Source: Bacteroidales bacterium (GTDB lineage: Bacteria; Bacteroidota; Bacteroidia; Bacteroidales; UBA12481). Taken from it: a DNA stretch of 64,000 bases. Location of the stretch: NCBI GenBank assembly GCA_041662065.1, contig JBAZTE010000019.1:13631-77630 (forward strand), in the 5' to 3' direction. Of this stretch, positions 40,280-49,323 are shown one piece after another (the first letter of the stretch is position 1; each line of letters opens with the position of its first letter). The translations under genes and the position numbers were made by a program. Under the pieces are notes generated by a model. That model did not search any database. It had not been told where the DNA came from and saw nothing but the letters and a program-made list of their open reading frames with translations.

Positions 40280-40289
40280 GGACGGGAGC
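40249..40289. repeat. Word repeat (GAGGACG-type)
   Basis: The sequence is gaggaggattcgtgaggacgggaggacgtgaggacgggagc. Confidence 0.75.
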
Positions 40290-40318
40290 TCTCATTGGCA
40301 CCTCGTTAGAGGGAAGCG

Positions 40319-40354
40319 GTCCCCGCGTTCGCGGGGATGACACTTCTCCGGGGG
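40319..40354. repeat. REP-like hairpin element, copy 3 (inverted orientation)
   Basis: The sequence is GTCCCCGCGTTCGCGGGGATGACACTTCTCCGGGGG. Confidence 0.8.
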
Positions 40355-40381
40355 TAATTATTTTTAATAATCAATACATGC

Positions 40382-42634
40382 ATGAAAAAAATGATGTTTA
40401 TTAAATACTTGACTGTTTGCGCTTTGGCAATAGGATTTACCGGTGGGCAGGCACAGGAGAGCAATATACTGGAAAAAACGGCGGCGTATAATGTGGTATG
40501 GAATACGCCCAGCGTGAATTCGTTAGGATCAATGCCGATCGGGAATGGCGACATTGGAATGAATGTGTGGGTGGAGGGAAATGGCGATCTTTATTTATAT
40601 CTGTCAAAGACCGATGCTTGGAGTGAGAACGGACAGTTGCTGAAGCTCGGAAAAATCAGGATCAACCTGGATCCCAGTCCATTTACTACCGGCAAGCCAT
40701 TCAGGCAGGAATTGAAGCTGACCGAAGGGAAGATCATGATCACAGCAGGAAAACCAGCTGAGCAGGTTGAGATCGGCATCCGGATCGATGCCAATCATCC
40801 GGTTGGAGAAATTAATATCACTTCTAGAAAGCCGGTCAAAGTAAAAGTCGAACTTCAATCATGGAGAACCGAAAAGCGTGCCATGACAAATAAAGATGAG
40901 CTTTTCAGCGTATACGGTCTGGAGGCGGGCAGCGAGCAGCCAATTTATCAGGAAGCGGATCACTTCATTCCGGCCAGCGGCAACCGCATCACCTGGTATC
41001 ACCGCAACGACCGGTCGGTTTGGAAAGAGAACCTCCAGTTACAAGCCCTCGGCGAATTTGCTGACCGGTCGACCGATCCTTTGTTTTACCGGACCTTTGG
41101 AGCCACTATTGAAGGAACCGGATTAATCTCCGGATCGGCAACCGTTTTAGCCAGTCAGGGAAAGATATCTGCCTGTACTTTATCTGTTTACCCATTGACA
41201 TCAGCAACAGTTACAGAGCAAAACTGGGTGAACCAATTGAACTATGGGATAGAGAGAATCAAATCAATACCCTCAGAAATGAGGATCAGGTCTCACCTGG
41301 AGTGGTGGAATAATTTCTGGAACCGGTCCTACATTTTCCTTTCCTCGCCCGATCCAAAATTCAGTGATCAAACTAAAACCATCACACAAGGCTATATCCT
41401 TCAGCGGTTTATCAACGCATGCGGTGGCCGTGGACAGTCACCCATCAAGTTCAACGGTTCGATTTTTACCGTAGACACTTATGCCCGGAAGGAATCGAAA
41501 GGTTTTGATGCTGACTTCCGCAGGTGGGGTGGTCCGTTCTGGTTCCAGAATACACGCCTGCCCTATTGGTCGATGCTTGAATCAGGGGATTTCGAGATGA
41601 TGAAACCTCTGTTTGCGATGTACCTCAGGGCGTTGCCAATCAGGCAGTTTGCAACAAAAAAATATTATGGACATGCGGGGGCTTTCTATCCCGAAACGAT
41701 GAATTTCTGGGGCACCTGGACCAATGTCAACTATGGAACCGATCGCAAAGGGATGCCTGACGGTCTGACCGAGAATACCTATATTAGGTATTACTGGACA
41801 GGCGGACTGGAGCTATCACTCATGATGATTGATTATTATGAGTTTACCCGTTCGGAGGTCTTTGCGAAAGACACGTTGTTGCCCTTTGTTACTGAGATAC
41901 TTGAATTCTTCGACAAGCATTGGAGAAGGGATATTGACGGCAAGATTCTTTTTACTCCGGCACAGGCTTTGGAAACTTACCAGACGGTCGTCAATCCGAC
42001 TCCGGATATTGCGGGGTTGCGGTTTGTGACCTGCAAGATGCTGGAAATGAAAGGTATTAAGATCAGCCCAGAGAAACGCAAGCAATGGGAATCCCTTTTA
42101 TCTGCTATACCGGAAATTCCTTTGAGGATAATTAACGGTGACAAGGTGATCGCACCAGCGGCTTTGGCGGCCCAGGAAGCCAATATCGAAAATCCCGGAT
42201 TGTATGCCGTTTTCCCGTTTCGGGTTTATGGTGTTGGAAAGCCCGATATTGATCTTGGCATCAGCACTTTTGTCACGAGAAAATTTCGCTCGAACATCGG
42301 GTGGCAGCACAGTTCTATCCAGGCCGCCTACCTGGGTCTGGCTCGCGAAGCTTCCGAACTGTTGCTGGATAAATTCAGCAACCACGATCCTGAATGCCGC
42401 TTCCCGGCCTTCTGGGGTCCGAATTACGATTGGAGCCCCGACCAAGATCATGGTTGTGTTGCCATGATAGCGTTGCAAAGGATGCTTCTGCAATATGAAG
42501 GCGACTCAGTGACTACTTTTCCGGCCTGGCCGGAGGGGTGGGATGTTGAGTTTCGCCTCAGTGCGCCAGGCAGGTCGGTGGTTGAGGGAACATCGGTCGG
42601 GGGGAAGAAAGACGTTGAGACTTTGAGACTTTGA
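40382..42634 (+). CDS. DUF5703-like / GH95-like secreted glycoside hydrolase candidate
   Basis: The N-terminal block is YNVVWNTPSVNSLGSMPIGNGDIGMNVWVEGNGDLYLYLSKTDAWSENGQLLKLGKIRI. The stop codon lies inside the GAGACNTT array. Confidence 0.5.
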   Translation: MKKMMFIKYLTVCALAIGFTGGQAQESNILEKTAAYNVVWNTPSVNSLGSMPIGNGDIGMNVWVEGNGDLYLYLSKTDAWSENGQLLKLGKIRINLDPSPFTTGKPFRQELKLTEGKIMITAGKPAEQVEIGIRIDANHPVGEINITSRKPVKVKVELQSWRTEKRAMTNKDELFSVYGLEAGSEQPIYQEADHFIPASGNRITWYHRNDRSVWKENLQLQALGEFADRSTDPLFYRTFGATIEGTGLISGSATVLASQGKISACTLSVYPLTSATVTEQNWVNQLNYGIERIKSIPSEMRIRSHLEWWNNFWNRSYIFLSSPDPKFSDQTKTITQGYILQRFINACGGRGQSPIKFNGSIFTVDTYARKESKGFDADFRRWGGPFWFQNTRLPYWSMLESGDFEMMKPLFAMYLRALPIRQFATKKYYGHAGAFYPETMNFWGTWTNVNYGTDRKGMPDGLTENTYIRYYWTGGLELSLMMIDYYEFTRSEVFAKDTLLPFVTEILEFFDKHWRRDIDGKILFTPAQALETYQTVVNPTPDIAGLRFVTCKMLEMKGIKISPEKRKQWESLLSAIPEIPLRIINGDKVIAPAALAAQEANIENPGLYAVFPFRVYGVGKPDIDLGISTFVTRKFRSNIGWQHSSIQAAYLGLAREASELLLDKFSNHDPECRFPAFWGPNYDWSPDQDHGCVAMIALQRMLLQYEGDSVTTFPAWPEGWDVEFRLSAPGRSVVEGTSVGGKKDVETLRL

Positions 42635-42738
42635 GACGTTGAGACTTTGAGACGTTGAGACTTTGAGACGTTGAGACGATAAGACGGGGAACGAAAGAAT
42701 CGTGAAGCGTGAAGCGTGAGACGGAGGACGGAAGACGG
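42611..42738. repeat. Tandem octamer array GAGAC(G/T)TT (~8 units) followed by CGTGAAG x2 and GACGG words
   Basis: The array reads gacgttgagactttgagactttgagacgttgagactttgagacgttgagactttgagacgttgagacg. It continues cgtgaagcgtgaagcgtgagacggaggacggaagacgg. Confidence 0.9.
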
Positions 42739-42748
42739 GGGGAGATAA

Positions 42749-42772
42749 GAACGGTATTCGTTCCTTTTTTTT
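42749..42772 (+). terminator. Weak terminator-like hairpin with T8
   Basis: GAACG-gtatt-CGTTC is followed by CTTTTTTTT. The stem is only 5 bp. Confidence 0.35.
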
Positions 42773-42813
42773 ACATTGCTTTGCGAGGAGGATTCTAAAA
42801 ATTTGAATTTTTT

Positions 42814-44454
42814 ATGAAAAAAACAATTTCCGTACTCGCAATCCTGACAATCCTGATGAGTGTTCAATCATTGGGTCAGAGCTCCTGTTTTCCTGAAAAA
42901 CAATATATTCCCCATTCGCTGCCCGACTATACAAGTTACCGAGACTCCCTACCCTCCCCTGTATTTGACGAGAAGCCCTTATGGGTTGAAACGTATTGGA
43001 AAGCCTGGGAGCTGGCTTTCCGCAATTTTAATGAACCCGCGCCAGGCAGCGGGTTTGTCTCGCAATTTGCCGATGCTGCTTTCAATGAATGCATATTTCT
43101 ATGGGACATGAGCTTTATTACGATGTTCTGCAATTACGCCCATCCGATGGTTCCGGGTATCAGCGGATTAAATAATTTCTATGCCAAGCAGTACCCCGAT
43201 GGTGAGTTCAGCCGCGAGATCATCCGGAAAACCGGTGTCAACCGGTGGCCGGTGAGTGATACCGGCCGTACCCTTTACAGTGAATGGGGATGGGGCGTTC
43301 CGGGCAAAAAGGAGGTAACCTATATCGGGAGGGAGGTTCCTCAGCCAAATCCAGTGATGACGCTTGATGCATTAAACCATCCGATTGCCGCATGGGCCGA
43401 GTGGGAAAGTTACCGGATGACCGGTGATAAAGCCCGACTGGAATTGATTTGGAAACCACTCGAAAAGTACTTCCAGTCCCTGAAAAAATACCTGACCCAG
43501 GGAAACGGGCTTTACATGACCGACTGGGCCAGTATGGACAATTCGGAAAGGAACCCATATCTCGTCGGTGGCGGTACCGGGATCGACATCTCCGCCGAAA
43601 TGGTGCTGTTTGCAAATAATTTGGCCGATATCTTCGGGGAACTGGGAAACAAGGAAAAAGAGAAAATATACCTTAAAGAGGCCTCAGAATTAGCAGAGAA
43701 GATTAATCGCCTGATGTGGGATCCTGACCGGAAGTTTTATTTTGACCTGACCCTAAGAGGAGAGAGGGCACCGGTAAAAACTATTGCCGCTTTCTGGCCA
43801 CTTCTGGCAAATGTTGCCAGTAAACAACAATCTGCAGATCTGGTAACGCATCTAACCAATCCGTCAGAGTTCTGGAGGAAGAATCTGGTTCCGACACTTG
43901 CCGCAGATCAAAAGGAGTTCTCCTCTTCGGGTGATTATTGGTGCGGTGCCGTTTGGGCACCTACCAATACCATGATCATTCGCGGACTGGAGAATTATGG
44001 TTATGATTCACTGGCCCGGGTGATCGCGCTGAATCATGTAACGCTTGTTGCTGATATGTTTCGGAAAACGGGGACCATCTGGGAAAATTATGCTCCGGAT
44101 TCCCTTTCGTGCGGATACATCTCGGGAAAGAGACAGGTGATGCGTGATTTTGTCGGTTGGAGCGGGATCGGACCGATCCTGTATTTTATGGAATATGCCA
44201 TTGGAATCAAGGCCGATGGGGTAAAGAAAGAGCTGAGCTGGTCGGTCAATTCGAATCAGAAATCGGGTTGCAAAAGATACCGGTTCGGGGGGATTGTCAC
44301 CTCGCTGGTAGCGGAACCGGTGGATCAGCATACCATGAAAATCAAAGTGGAATCGAATGGAAATTACACGCTGATATTGAAGAACAAAGTATCCGGAGAG
44401 TTTAAGATAAAGGCGGGGGTGCAGGAATTCAGAGTCACGCGAGTTGCTATTTAA
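42814..44454 (+). CDS. Six-hairpin (alpha/alpha)6 glycoside hydrolase, GH63/GH37 (trehalase/MGH1)-like
   Basis: A signal peptide is followed by the blocks MWDPDRKFYFD, FWPLLA, GDYWCGAVWAPTNTMIIRGL and IWENYAPD. Confidence 0.6.
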   Translation: MKKTISVLAILTILMSVQSLGQSSCFPEKQYIPHSLPDYTSYRDSLPSPVFDEKPLWVETYWKAWELAFRNFNEPAPGSGFVSQFADAAFNECIFLWDMSFITMFCNYAHPMVPGISGLNNFYAKQYPDGEFSREIIRKTGVNRWPVSDTGRTLYSEWGWGVPGKKEVTYIGREVPQPNPVMTLDALNHPIAAWAEWESYRMTGDKARLELIWKPLEKYFQSLKKYLTQGNGLYMTDWASMDNSERNPYLVGGGTGIDISAEMVLFANNLADIFGELGNKEKEKIYLKEASELAEKINRLMWDPDRKFYFDLTLRGERAPVKTIAAFWPLLANVASKQQSADLVTHLTNPSEFWRKNLVPTLAADQKEFSSSGDYWCGAVWAPTNTMIIRGLENYGYDSLARVIALNHVTLVADMFRKTGTIWENYAPDSLSCGYISGKRQVMRDFVGWSGIGPILYFMEYAIGIKADGVKKELSWSVNSNQKSGCKRYRFGGIVTSLVAEPVDQHTMKIKVESNGNYTLILKNKVSGEFKIKAGVQEFRVTRVAI

Positions 44455-44569
44455 TTGAATAGTAGACCAATATTATATTAGCGGTGATCTCATCAGCATT
44501 GAGAATCAGGTCTTTCAATTTCTTGTCCATTCTAACCTCTTTCCCGTCCTTCAGTGCTTTGGTGATGAC

Positions 44570-44606
44570 TACAATTTTGAAATTGTACCGGATTGCAGTA
44601 CATTTG
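44570..44606 (+). promoter_or_regulatory. yefM-yoeB promoter/operator: overlapping inverted repeats and -7 box
   Basis: Inverted repeats are TACAATtttgaaATTGTA (44570-44587) and TGTACcggattgcaGTACA (44584-44602). The -7 box TACATTTG lies at 44599-44606. Confidence 0.55.
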
Positions 44607-44627
44607 TAGAAATAAAAATTAATTATC

Positions 44628-44900
44628 ATGCTTGAATTATCGGTAAATAAATTCAGGGCTAACCTTAAAGATTTTGTTGATAAGGCGATCGATGAACATC
44701 TTCCTATCCGGATCAAACGCCGGGCCGGAAAAGACTTTGTTGTGATCAGTGCGGAAGACTGGGACCGCGACCAGGAAACTTTGTACGTTTTCAGGAACAC
44801 TTCATTGATGAGCCAGGTCGCAGAATCCCTGTTGACCTATCAGAAAAAAGATGGCTATACACCAACTCAGGAGCAACTTGATGCGATCAATCGTTTTTGA
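44628..44900 (+). CDS. yefM: Type II antitoxin, Phd/YefM family
   Basis: The protein reads FRANLKDFVDKAIDEHLPIRIKRRAGKDFVVISAEDWDRDQETLY. Confidence 0.85.
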   Translation: MLELSVNKFRANLKDFVDKAIDEHLPIRIKRRAGKDFVVISAEDWDRDQETLYVFRNTSLMSQVAESLLTYQKKDGYTPTQEQLDAINRF

Positions 44901-45165
44901 AGGAAGGACCTGGAGCATTTATGAGGAATTGAGATTAAAGGATAAAGTTCTTCATAAAAACCTATGCGTAATTTTAAAGGAAATGCAGAGGGGAGATCCT
45001 GAAAACGGCGCAGGGAAACCTGAGCAATTAAAATATGAATTATCGGGATTCTGGTCCAGGAAACTATCGCAATATGACCGTTTGATTTACCGCTTCGACG
45101 ATAAAGCGATTTACATTTTTGCGATCGGCGGGCATTATGAGGAGGTGAGGAAGTTTGAGGAATGA
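44881..45165 (+). CDS. yoeB: Type II toxin, YoeB/Txe family
   Basis: GAGKPEQLKYELSGFWSRKLSQYDRLIY closely parallels E. coli YoeB [28 protein letters not shown]. It overlaps yefM by 20 nt. Confidence 0.85.
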   Translation: MRSIVFEGRTWSIYEELRLKDKVLHKNLCVILKEMQRGDPENGAGKPEQLKYELSGFWSRKLSQYDRLIYRFDDKAIYIFAIGGHYEEVRKFEE

Positions 45166-45290
45166 AGAGATTCGAATGCAGAGTTCCGAATGCCGAAATT
45201 ACAGATCCAAGGATTGATGAAGAAGAAAATGCAACTTTTAGTTGACCTGAATCTCCAACACGGAATTCGGAATTCTGAATTGGTATTTCA
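45141..45290. repeat. Word-repeat block (GAGGA/GAGATTCGAA/GAATTCGGAATTCTGAATTGG)
   Basis: It reads gaggaggtgaggaagtttgaggaatgaagagattcgaatgcagagttccgaatgcc...cggaattcggaattctgaattgg and is related to 53008-53028. Confidence 0.7.
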
Positions 45291-45342
45291 ACTTTCTTAC
45301 TTCTATAAGGAAGGCATTTAAGTGTCCCAACCCTACCCCATA

Positions 45343-45361
45343 TTTTTTATCTTTACCGCCT
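45343..45361 (+). promoter_or_regulatory. Second copy of the 19-nt motif TTTTTTATCTTTACCGCCT
   Basis: It is identical to 21379-21397 and lies 14 nt upstream of ATG 45376. Confidence 0.45.
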
Positions 45362-45375
45362 GATAAATTTTCAGG

Positions 45376-47856
45376 ATGGGCTTGTCATACAAAAGATTTT
45401 TGATTGGTATTGTGGTGATTATGGCCGGAATCATTGCCAAAGGGCAAGATTACGATAGCCTGAGGCTCGCACAATTGCCAAAATTATTGATGCCTGACAA
45501 CCTGAAAACTACCGGATTGCCTTATAAACTGGATAATTCCAGGACCAAATATTTCCCTGCCATATTTACCCAGTTCGGATACAGCTGCAACCAGGCAGCT
45601 TCCATTTCGGTTGGCTTCACTTATGAGCTGAATGCCTTAAGGAACGTCGATGCCTATTATCCGGAGAACCGGCTTCCGGCCTTCTTTACCTGGAACATGA
45701 TGAACCAGGGCAAGTTCGAAACCGGTGTTTCCTATTTCGAAAGCTGGGATATGGTCCATGCCATCGGTTGCCCGAACTGGGTGGATTATGGAAGTTCCTT
45801 TATCAATGAAACCCGTTGGATGAGCGGTTACTACCGGTATTACCACGGGATGCAGAACCGCGTTGAAGAAACTTATTCAATTGATGTCAGTTCTGAAGAG
45901 GGCTTGCAAACCTTAAAACACTGGCTGTATGACCATCTTGGTGATTACCAGCCGGGTGGTGTGGCCTATTTCCAGCTGGCGACACTCGACCTGCAATTCT
46001 GGCCATTGCCCCCGGGTACTGAAGATGCAGGTAAAATCATGATTCCCTGGTTCGGCTATGCGGTTGGGCACGCCATGACTTTTGTGGGGTATAATGATTC
46101 CGTGAGATTCGACTTCAACCGCGATGGCAGCTATACCAACGATCTGGATACCAATGGCGACGGGAAGGTCACGATGGCCGACTGGGAGATCGGGGCACTG
46201 ATCTGTGTCAACACCTATGGCCCCGAATGGGGAACCGACGGTCGTGCCTATGTCCCTTATCGGTTACTGCCCCTGACACCAGAACAAGGCGGGATCTGGC
46301 AGAAATCGGTTATGGTGGCCAAACCAAACAAATCCTATAAACCACTGCTCACTTTGCGAGCCCGGGTAAGGTATCCCGACCGGTCAAAACTCCGGATCAC
46401 CGCAGGAGTTTCGCAGGATCCAGCCGCAACCGAACCCCAATTCATCCTTGATCAGCCGGTCTTTCATTACCAGGGTGGAGCGCTGCCTATGCAGGGCGTC
46501 GGACCATCGGATCCAGAACTAATTGAGATCGGGATCGATGCAACCCCTCTACTGAGTCACGTTGAGACTGGTAAACCAGCCACATTCTTTCTGGTGGTAT
46601 GTGAGCAGGATCCGGACGCGAAAAGTAGCGGAACGATTGAATATTTTTCGTTTAATGAGTACCGTGATACCGAATTGGAGCACAATGGCAATCAGCGCAA
46701 TGTAAGTATCGACAAACCATTTCTTGCGCTTCCGGTTGTGTTGACCCCTGAATTCAATGGCCCCGTTGTGGTAACTTCGGAATTACCAATCGCTGCAGCC
46801 GGCGAGGAATATCAATTAACCCTTGATGCTTCAGGCGGCACCCCACCCTATAAATGGCTCCCGGCGAACAATAGATATAGTGAAAGTGAATTTGCAGCTC
46901 CTTTGACGGCCCTCACCGAAACGAGAATCCTGCCCGACAATGGCAACTATGAAAAGAAAACCGTGTCGCTGCCCTTTGATTTTTTATATGGCGGAAAGAA
47001 TTACCGGGAAATAACTATTACCGGAACAGGTGGTATAGTATTGGTCCAGAATGAATTGCATATTCCTTATGGCATTGAGTTGCGTGAACTTCTCGGGCTC
47101 AATCAGGCGATCTATCCTTTTTACAGCACCGAGCTGCAATATACCGAAGGAACTGATGGTGTATTTTATGAGGCGCACAAAGTGGATGTTACCATTTATT
47201 GGAACGCATCCATTATTCGTGACAGCATAATATCGGACGTGAATTTCGCGGTCAGGTTATTTGCTAACGGAACGATTGAATTTTTATACGGAGATGTCCT
47301 TAACAGCACCTCGTCACCGTGGCTGGTTGGCCTTACCGGCGGTTCAAAGAGTCAATCTCTCTATCCTGCCATTAATGCGACAGGGATAAAATCCGGCTTG
47401 AATTTGCGCTTCCAACCCTTTATGATGCCGGCCGGAATTCAGATCAGCCGGGAGGGAGTTTTGACCTGTAAACCTCTTGAGTATGGTAAAACATGGACCG
47501 TTCCGGTATGCGTAGAGGATAATCAGGGGCTTCAGGCAACGCGTGAACTAAGTTTGTCGACCGGTCCCTCGAAAAAGCAAGACGATAGCATCATTACCCC
47601 GAAAGTCCGTATCTTTCCCAATCCCGTTGCGGACAAGGTCCAAATTCAAATTACCGGTGACCGGAGCGGAACTATCCTAATCAATATCATCGATTTATCC
47701 GGCAAAACACTGTTAACCGAAACAAATATCTTACAGCCTGGAAGCCAAGTTGTCACTATTGAAACGACCAGTGAACTGGTTCCCGGAATCTATATCCTGG
47801 AAATCACCGGTGCAACAACTTTCCGGTCGAAAATCTATTTCAGCGAATCGAAATGA
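45376..47856 (+). CDS. Papain-like (C1-like) cysteine peptidase candidate with T9SS C-terminal sorting domain
   Basis: The candidate nucleophile region is FGYSCNQAAS and the His region is GHAMTFVGYND. The C-terminal ~85 aa run RIFPNPVADKVQIQ...IYILEITG. Confidence 0.5.
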   Translation: MGLSYKRFLIGIVVIMAGIIAKGQDYDSLRLAQLPKLLMPDNLKTTGLPYKLDNSRTKYFPAIFTQFGYSCNQAASISVGFTYELNALRNVDAYYPENRLPAFFTWNMMNQGKFETGVSYFESWDMVHAIGCPNWVDYGSSFINETRWMSGYYRYYHGMQNRVEETYSIDVSSEEGLQTLKHWLYDHLGDYQPGGVAYFQLATLDLQFWPLPPGTEDAGKIMIPWFGYAVGHAMTFVGYNDSVRFDFNRDGSYTNDLDTNGDGKVTMADWEIGALICVNTYGPEWGTDGRAYVPYRLLPLTPEQGGIWQKSVMVAKPNKSYKPLLTLRARVRYPDRSKLRITAGVSQDPAATEPQFILDQPVFHYQGGALPMQGVGPSDPELIEIGIDATPLLSHVETGKPATFFLVVCEQDPDAKSSGTIEYFSFNEYRDTELEHNGNQRNVSIDKPFLALPVVLTPEFNGPVVVTSELPIAAAGEEYQLTLDASGGTPPYKWLPANNRYSESEFAAPLTALTETRILPDNGNYEKKTVSLPFDFLYGGKNYREITITGTGGIVLVQNELHIPYGIELRELLGLNQAIYPFYSTELQYTEGTDGVFYEAHKVDVTIYWNASIIRDSIISDVNFAVRLFANGTIEFLYGDVLNSTSSPWLVGLTGGSKSQSLYPAINATGIKSGLNLRFQPFMMPAGIQISREGVLTCKPLEYGKTWTVPVCVEDNQGLQATRELSLSTGPSKKQDDSIITPKVRIFPNPVADKVQIQITGDRSGTILINIIDLSGKTLLTETNILQPGSQVVTIETTSELVPGIYILEITGATTFRSKIYFSESK

Positions 47857-48566
47857 AACTATCAGTGATTATTCCTGCCTATAACGAGCAGGCGACCATT
47901 TATGGCATTCTCAAGCGGGTTAGTTCGGTGGAACTGATACAGGGCATTGAAAAGGAACTGGTGGTGGTTAATGATTGCTCAAAAGATGGTACTGAAACGG
48001 AACTCTTCCGTTTCCAGTCCGATCATCCGGAGATCCAGGTCAACTATCAGAAGCATGAGGTGAACCGGGGCAAAGGAGCGGCCATCCACACCGGGATTAT
48101 CATCGCTCAGGGCGATTTTATCATCATCCAGGATGCCGACCTGGAATATGATCCCAGGGAATTCAACCTGCTGTTGCAGCCGATTCTCGACGGATTTGCC
48201 GATGTGGTATACGGAAGCCGGTTTAGCGGGGGCAAGCCCCACCGGGTCCTGTTTTTCTTTCATACGATCGGAAACCGGTTTCTTACCTTCCTCTCTAACT
48301 TGCTGACCAATATCAACATATCAGATATGGAGACTTGCTATAAACTTTTCAGGTCGGAGGTAATCAAGAGCATTAAATTGAAAGAAGCCCGGTTTGGATT
48401 TGAGGCGGAGATAACGGCAAAGGTGAGCCGGATCCCCAATATCAGGATTTATGAAGCAGGAATTTCTTATTATGGAAGGACCTATGCTGAAGGAAAGAAG
48501 ATCAATTGGAAAGACGGTTTCCGGGCAATTTATTGCATCATCAAATACAATATTTTCAGTAGATGA
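47853..48566 (+). CDS. Glycosyltransferase family 2 (polyprenyl-phosphate sugar synthase-like)
   Basis: Motifs SVIIPAYNE, VVNDCSKDGT and IIQDADLEYDP are present. The start forms an ATGA overlap with the peptidase stop. Confidence 0.8.
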   Translation: MKLSVIIPAYNEQATIYGILKRVSSVELIQGIEKELVVVNDCSKDGTETELFRFQSDHPEIQVNYQKHEVNRGKGAAIHTGIIIAQGDFIIIQDADLEYDPREFNLLLQPILDGFADVVYGSRFSGGKPHRVLFFFHTIGNRFLTFLSNLLTNINISDMETCYKLFRSEVIKSIKLKEARFGFEAEITAKVSRIPNIRIYEAGISYYGRTYAEGKKINWKDGFRAIYCIIKYNIFSR

Positions 48567-49297
48567 ATGAATTTGATTTCAAGCCTGTCGATCTTGAAGG
48601 GGAAGAAACGTTAAAAACGATCGCACTCGCGGATCATTTTAACCGTTGGATGTTTGATACCATAAGGCCATACTGCACTGGCAATATCCTTGAAATCGGG
48701 AGCGGACTGGGAAATATTTCCGAATTCTTTCTTCATGCGCAGGCCAATATCTATTTGACAGATATCCGCAAAAGTTATTGCGAAGGTTTGCGACGTAAAT
48801 TCGGGAGAAACCAATCCCTGCTGGGTGTTGAAACGATGGATCTTGTGGATAAAGACTTTGATGCCAAATTCAGCAAGCACTTCAATCAATTTGATACTGT
48901 TTTTGCCTTAAATGTGGTGGAACATATTTTTGATGACCGGCAAGCCCTGATTAACTGCCATAAATTAATAAAAACCGGCGGACATCTGATCATTTTAGTA
49001 CCAGCCAACCAATGGCTGTACAACAACTTCGACAAAGAGCTGGAGCATTACCGGAGATATAATAAGAAAGGGCTGGAGAAGCTGTTTTCATTCGCAGGGT
49101 TCAGTGTTTTAGGCACCCAATATTTCAACGCGGCGGGAATGGCAGGATGGTTTATCTCGGGTAAAATACAGCATCATAAGATAATACCCGAGGGCCAGAT
49201 CCGTTTGTACAATAGACTGGTTGCCCTGTTCAGGCTGTTCGACCGTTTAATATTAAATTCATTCGGATTATCGGTCATCACGGTTGGGAAAAAATAG
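48563..49297 (+). CDS. Class I SAM-dependent methyltransferase
   Basis: ILEIGSGLGNIS is motif I. The start forms an ATGA overlap with the GT2 stop. Confidence 0.75.
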   Translation: MNEFDFKPVDLEGEETLKTIALADHFNRWMFDTIRPYCTGNILEIGSGLGNISEFFLHAQANIYLTDIRKSYCEGLRRKFGRNQSLLGVETMDLVDKDFDAKFSKHFNQFDTVFALNVVEHIFDDRQALINCHKLIKTGGHLIILVPANQWLYNNFDKELEHYRRYNKKGLEKLFSFAGFSVLGTQYFNAAGMAGWFISGKIQHHKIIPEGQIRLYNRLVALFRLFDRLILNSFGLSVITVGKK

Positions 49298-49323
49298 AAT
49301 GCTGGTAACTAATAGCAAAAAAG

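Noticed and set aside
42611-42738. The tandem GAGACNTT array and other word blocks could be a CRISPR array.
   Set aside because: The units are 7-8 nt and directly abutting, with no unique spacers. No cas genes are present, and the repeats are far shorter than CRISPR repeats.
42448-42867. This is a 139-aa minus-strand ORF.
   Set aside because: It is the antisense translation of the word-repeat array (repetitive SQSLKVST) and overlaps two well-supported plus-strand genes.
44447-44800. This is a 117-aa minus-strand ORF across the yefM promoter and gene.
   Set aside because: It lies antisense to a well-supported antitoxin gene and its promoter and has no recognisable domain. Only its last ~27 codons are intergenic.
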